Assembly: GCA_026414545.1 (NCBI GenBank)
Contig: JAOAIU010000058.1
Location: 41,682 to 105,681, forward strand
Source: Candidatus Saccharicenans sp.
GTDB lineage: Bacteria; Acidobacteriota; Aminicenantia; Aminicenantales; Saccharicenantaceae
Direction: 5' to 3'
DNA: 64,000 nt
Shown: positions 61,771-64,000 of the stretch, one piece after another
How the letters are laid out: each line of letters opens with the position of its first letter
Position numbering within the stretch: the stretch's first letter is position 1
Made by a program: the position numbers and the translations under genes
Notes under the pieces: model-generated
Seen by the model: the letters and a program-made list of their open reading frames with translations, nothing else
What the model was told of the DNA's origin: nothing
Database searches by the model: none

Positions 61771-64000
61771 ATGATCAGAATCAAATCATCTGGATTTATG
61801 GAGGGTTGGCTTATTCTTTTCCTGCTGATGGTTTTTCTTATGGGCGGATGCCACCCCGGTCAACAGTCTTCTTACTCCATAGAACGCGAAACCATCATCA
61901 CCTATCCTTTCTACGATCCCGACCCCATTCCGGTTTTTGCCCGATCTTCCATCTGGGGTGCTGGCTCCAGAATTTACCCCTACTTTGTATTCAACGGATT
62001 CAGCCAGGAATCCAGGCCGCAGGACTGGACTGTAGTCAGGCTTAAGAACAAGCATCTTGAGGTTTCAATTCTGCCCGAAGTGGGCGGGAAAGTCTGGGGC
62101 GCCCGCGACCTTCGGACGGGTAAAGATTTCCTCTACACCAACCGCGTTCTGAAGTTCAGAGAAATTGCCCTGCGCGGGCCCTGGACCTCGGGCGGAATAG
62201 AATTCAACTTTGGAGTCATCGGGCACGCCCCTTCCACCGCCACACCGGTTGATTATTACGTCGAAAAACAGCCAGACGGCAGCCTGCTCTGCACCGTCGG
62301 CAATTATGATTGGCCCTCTAGGACTCGCTGGCAGGTCAGGGTGACCCTGCCTCCCGACCGTGCTTATTTTCAGACAACAGCCCGCTGGACCAACCCGGGT
62401 CCTTACCGGCAGTCGTACTATGCCTGGATGTGTGCGGCCGTTCCAGCCACTTCCGACCTGAAATACCTATTCCCGGGAACTCACCAGATCGGCCATGATT
62501 ATTCAAGCCCTCTTCAACCCTGGCCGGTAGACGGTCAGGGCCGAGACCTATCATGGTACAGAAATAACAACTTTGGTGGTTCCAAGAGCTATTTCGTGGT
62601 CGGGGCTTATGATAATTTTTATGGAGGCTATTATCAGTCATCTGACTTTGGCTTCGGGCACCAGGCCTTCTATTCCGACATGCCCGGCAAGAAAATATGG
62701 ATCTGGGACCTGAGCCGGGCCGGTGAAATCTGGGTGGATTTGTTGACTGATGCCGACGGCCAGTACACCGAGCCCCAGGCTGGAAGGCTTCTGAACCAGT
62801 CAGACCACGGGGCATTTTTCCCGGCCGAATCTGATGTCTGGAAGGAAATCTGGTTTCCATATAGCGGCATCGGGCCGCTGGCCGGGGCCACTCCGGCTGT
62901 GGCCCTGAGCCTCAATCCTAAAGGGGACAGCCTGGAGCTCGGTCTTTTTGCCCTGGAAGAAATAAGAGACAGGCTGCTGGTTAAAGAAGAGGGACGCGAA
63001 ATATTCAGCGGCCAAATCTACCTTAAGCCAGCTCAAAAAATGATGCTCGCTCTGAAAAACGTTTCCGGCGGCGAAAACTTGACCATCTCACTCGGGCAAA
63101 AAATCATATATCGGGCTGCGAAAGACAAGGAATTGAGTCGACCGTTTTTGTTTCACCACCCTGCCGGAGACTCGACCGAAGCCCTCTTCCTGGCCGCTCA
63201 AAACCTGGAAAATGAAAGGAATTATAGCCAGGCCCTGGAGAAATACCTCGAAGTCATCAAGAAAGAACCTGAACACCTGCGGGCCCTGGGCCGGCTGGCC
63301 GAGCTATATCTGCGGCGCGGAGAATATCTTATCGCTAATGAGTATGCCCGGAGGGGACTGGAAATTTCTATGTATGACCCTGAAATTAATTATGTTTACG
63401 GGCTGATTGCCCGGCAACTCAACCATATGAGCGAGGCCATGGAAGCCCTGGGCTGGGCTTCCAGGTCGCCAGCCCTGGTCGTGCCCGCTTATCTTCAACT
63501 GGCAGAAATCGCTCTGGTCCAGCAGGATTACTCCACAGCTGAAGAATTCAGCAGACGGGCCTTGAGCCGGGACCAGGACAATCCCCTGCCCTACGAGCTC
63601 CTTGCCTCAGTCCTGCGCCTTCAGGGCAGGGTGAAGGAAGCCACCAGGATTTGCCGCCAGCTCCTGGTTCTGGACCCGCTTAATCACCTGGCCAGGTACG
63701 AATTATATCTGCTGAGACCTGATTCCAGAAATCTCCGTGGTTTTCAAACCATGATCCGCAACGAGTTCCCGGCTGAAACCTACCTGGAGCTGGCCCTTCA
63801 TTACTGGAGAATAGGCCAGCCACAGCAAGCAGAAGAACTGCTCTCCCTGGCTCCCGAAAACCCGGAGGTACTGTCCTGGCGGGCCTTTTTGCATAAAGAC
63901 AACGATCAGGATAAAAGCCTGGTCCTTCTCGATCGAGCTGCAACCGCTTCTCCCTGGCTGGTCTTTCCTTTCCGGGAAGAATCTATCCCGGTTTTTGAAT
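61771..64000 (+). CDS. DUF5107 domain protein with C-terminal TPR repeats; lipoprotein; truncated by the right window edge
   Basis: Not in the ORF track because it has no stop in the window. The ATG at 61771 has GGAGG upstream. Lipobox LMGGC. It is open through 64000 (743 codons). The GGKVWGA.D..TGKDFLYTN.V.KFR.IALRGPWTSGGIEFNFG pattern matches what I remember of DUF5107. TPR-like helices begin around 63200. Confidence 0.7.
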   Translation, partial: MIRIKSSGFMEGWLILFLLMVFLMGGCHPGQQSSYSIERETIITYPFYDPDPIPVFARSSIWGAGSRIYPYFVFNGFSQESRPQDWTVVRLKNKHLEVSILPEVGGKVWGARDLRTGKDFLYTNRVLKFREIALRGPWTSGGIEFNFGVIGHAPSTATPVDYYVEKQPDGSLLCTVGNYDWPSRTRWQVRVTLPPDRAYFQTTARWTNPGPYRQSYYAWMCAAVPATSDLKYLFPGTHQIGHDYSSPLQPWPVDGQGRDLSWYRNNNFGGSKSYFVVGAYDNFYGGYYQSSDFGFGHQAFYSDMPGKKIWIWDLSRAGEIWVDLLTDADGQYTEPQAGRLLNQSDHGAFFPAESDVWKEIWFPYSGIGPLAGATPAVALSLNPKGDSLELGLFALEEIRDRLLVKEEGREIFSGQIYLKPAQKMMLALKNVSGGENLTISLGQKIIYRAAKDKELSRPFLFHHPAGDSTEALFLAAQNLENERNYSQALEKYLEVIKKEPEHLRALGRLAELYLRRGEYLIANEYARRGLEISMYDPEINYVYGLIARQLNHMSEAMEALGWASRSPALVVPAYLQLAEIALVQQDYSTAEEFSRRALSRDQDNPLPYELLASVLRLQGRVKEATRICRQLLVLDPLNHLARYELYLLRPDSRNLRGFQTMIRNEFPAETYLELALHYWRIGQPQQAEELLSLAPENPEVLSWRAFLHKDNDQDKSLVLLDRAATASPWLVFPFREESIPVFE

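Noticed and set aside
1-64000. Search for CRISPR arrays, transposases, integrases, phage genes, toxin-antitoxin pairs, restriction-modification or other known defence genes
   Set aside because: No repeat-spacer periodicity, terminal inverted repeats, recombinase motifs or defence-type domains were seen on either strand. The window reads as core chromosome, so I make no mobile-element or defence claim.

Overview
This is 64 kb of densely coding bacterial chromosome with moderate GC, holding about 55 genes. I saw no rRNA, tRNA, CRISPR array, transposase, integrase or phage genes. All family calls come from motif reading only; I ran no searches.

The content points to a diderm, rod-shaped heterotroph that relies heavily on peptides and glycans. 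Supporting signs are an Omp85-type barrel, lipoboxes, twin-arginine signals and an mreBCD-mrdA-rodA cluster.

Gene blocks, left to right:
1. 1-8.5 kb, mostly minus strand: an AlkD-like fragment, DUF2892, an orphan ArsC/LMW-PTP-like gene, a Tat-signal GH88/105 hydrolase, an Asp-box (BNR) double-propeller protein, DUF4342, an NTF2-like lipoprotein, DUF2207 and PilZ.
2. 8.6-12.8 kb: an MFS transporter, a Gfo/Idh/MocA oxidoreductase, and a secreted TIM-barrel::DUF1080 fusion.
3. 12.8-15.8 kb: a roughly 1020-aa HEXXH + PD40-propeller + Omp85-barrel protein.
4. 15.9-23.6 kb, plus strand: an SplB-like radical SAM, a DctM-like permease, an untracked 53-aa membrane ORF, a secreted AstE/AspA-like hydrolase, two tandem C69 dipeptidases and an unknown secreted alpha/beta protein.
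5. 24-38 kb: a serine hydrolase, a CBM9-like protein, a YbaK/ProX-like deacylase, an OYE flavoenzyme, two PLP enzymes, a POT transporter, two M24 peptidases (one with a Tat signal), an MFS transporter and a third C69 dipeptidase.
6. 38-46.7 kb: WbqC, then mreB-mreC-mreD-mrdA-rodA followed by a fused TIGR03960/TIGR03936-type radical SAM gene.
7. 46.8-51.6 kb: an OPT transporter, def-fmt, and an M23 peptidase.
8. 51.7-59.7 kb: an SDR gene broken by an in-frame TAG, then acnB, an icd-like gene, mdh and sucCD.
9. 59.7-64 kb: a decayed lipoprotein locus, an MBL hydrolase and a DUF5107/TPR lipoprotein that runs off the right edge.

I did not recognise a defence or mobile system. The leads I consider most worth follow-up are:
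- the protease-propeller-Omp85 fusion;
- the permease / micro-protein / secreted-peptidase cluster with its unknown terminal gene;
- the candidate oxidative glycoside-cleavage trio;
- the radical SAM gene apparently co-transcribed with the rod-shape genes;
- the in-frame amber codon in the SDR gene.
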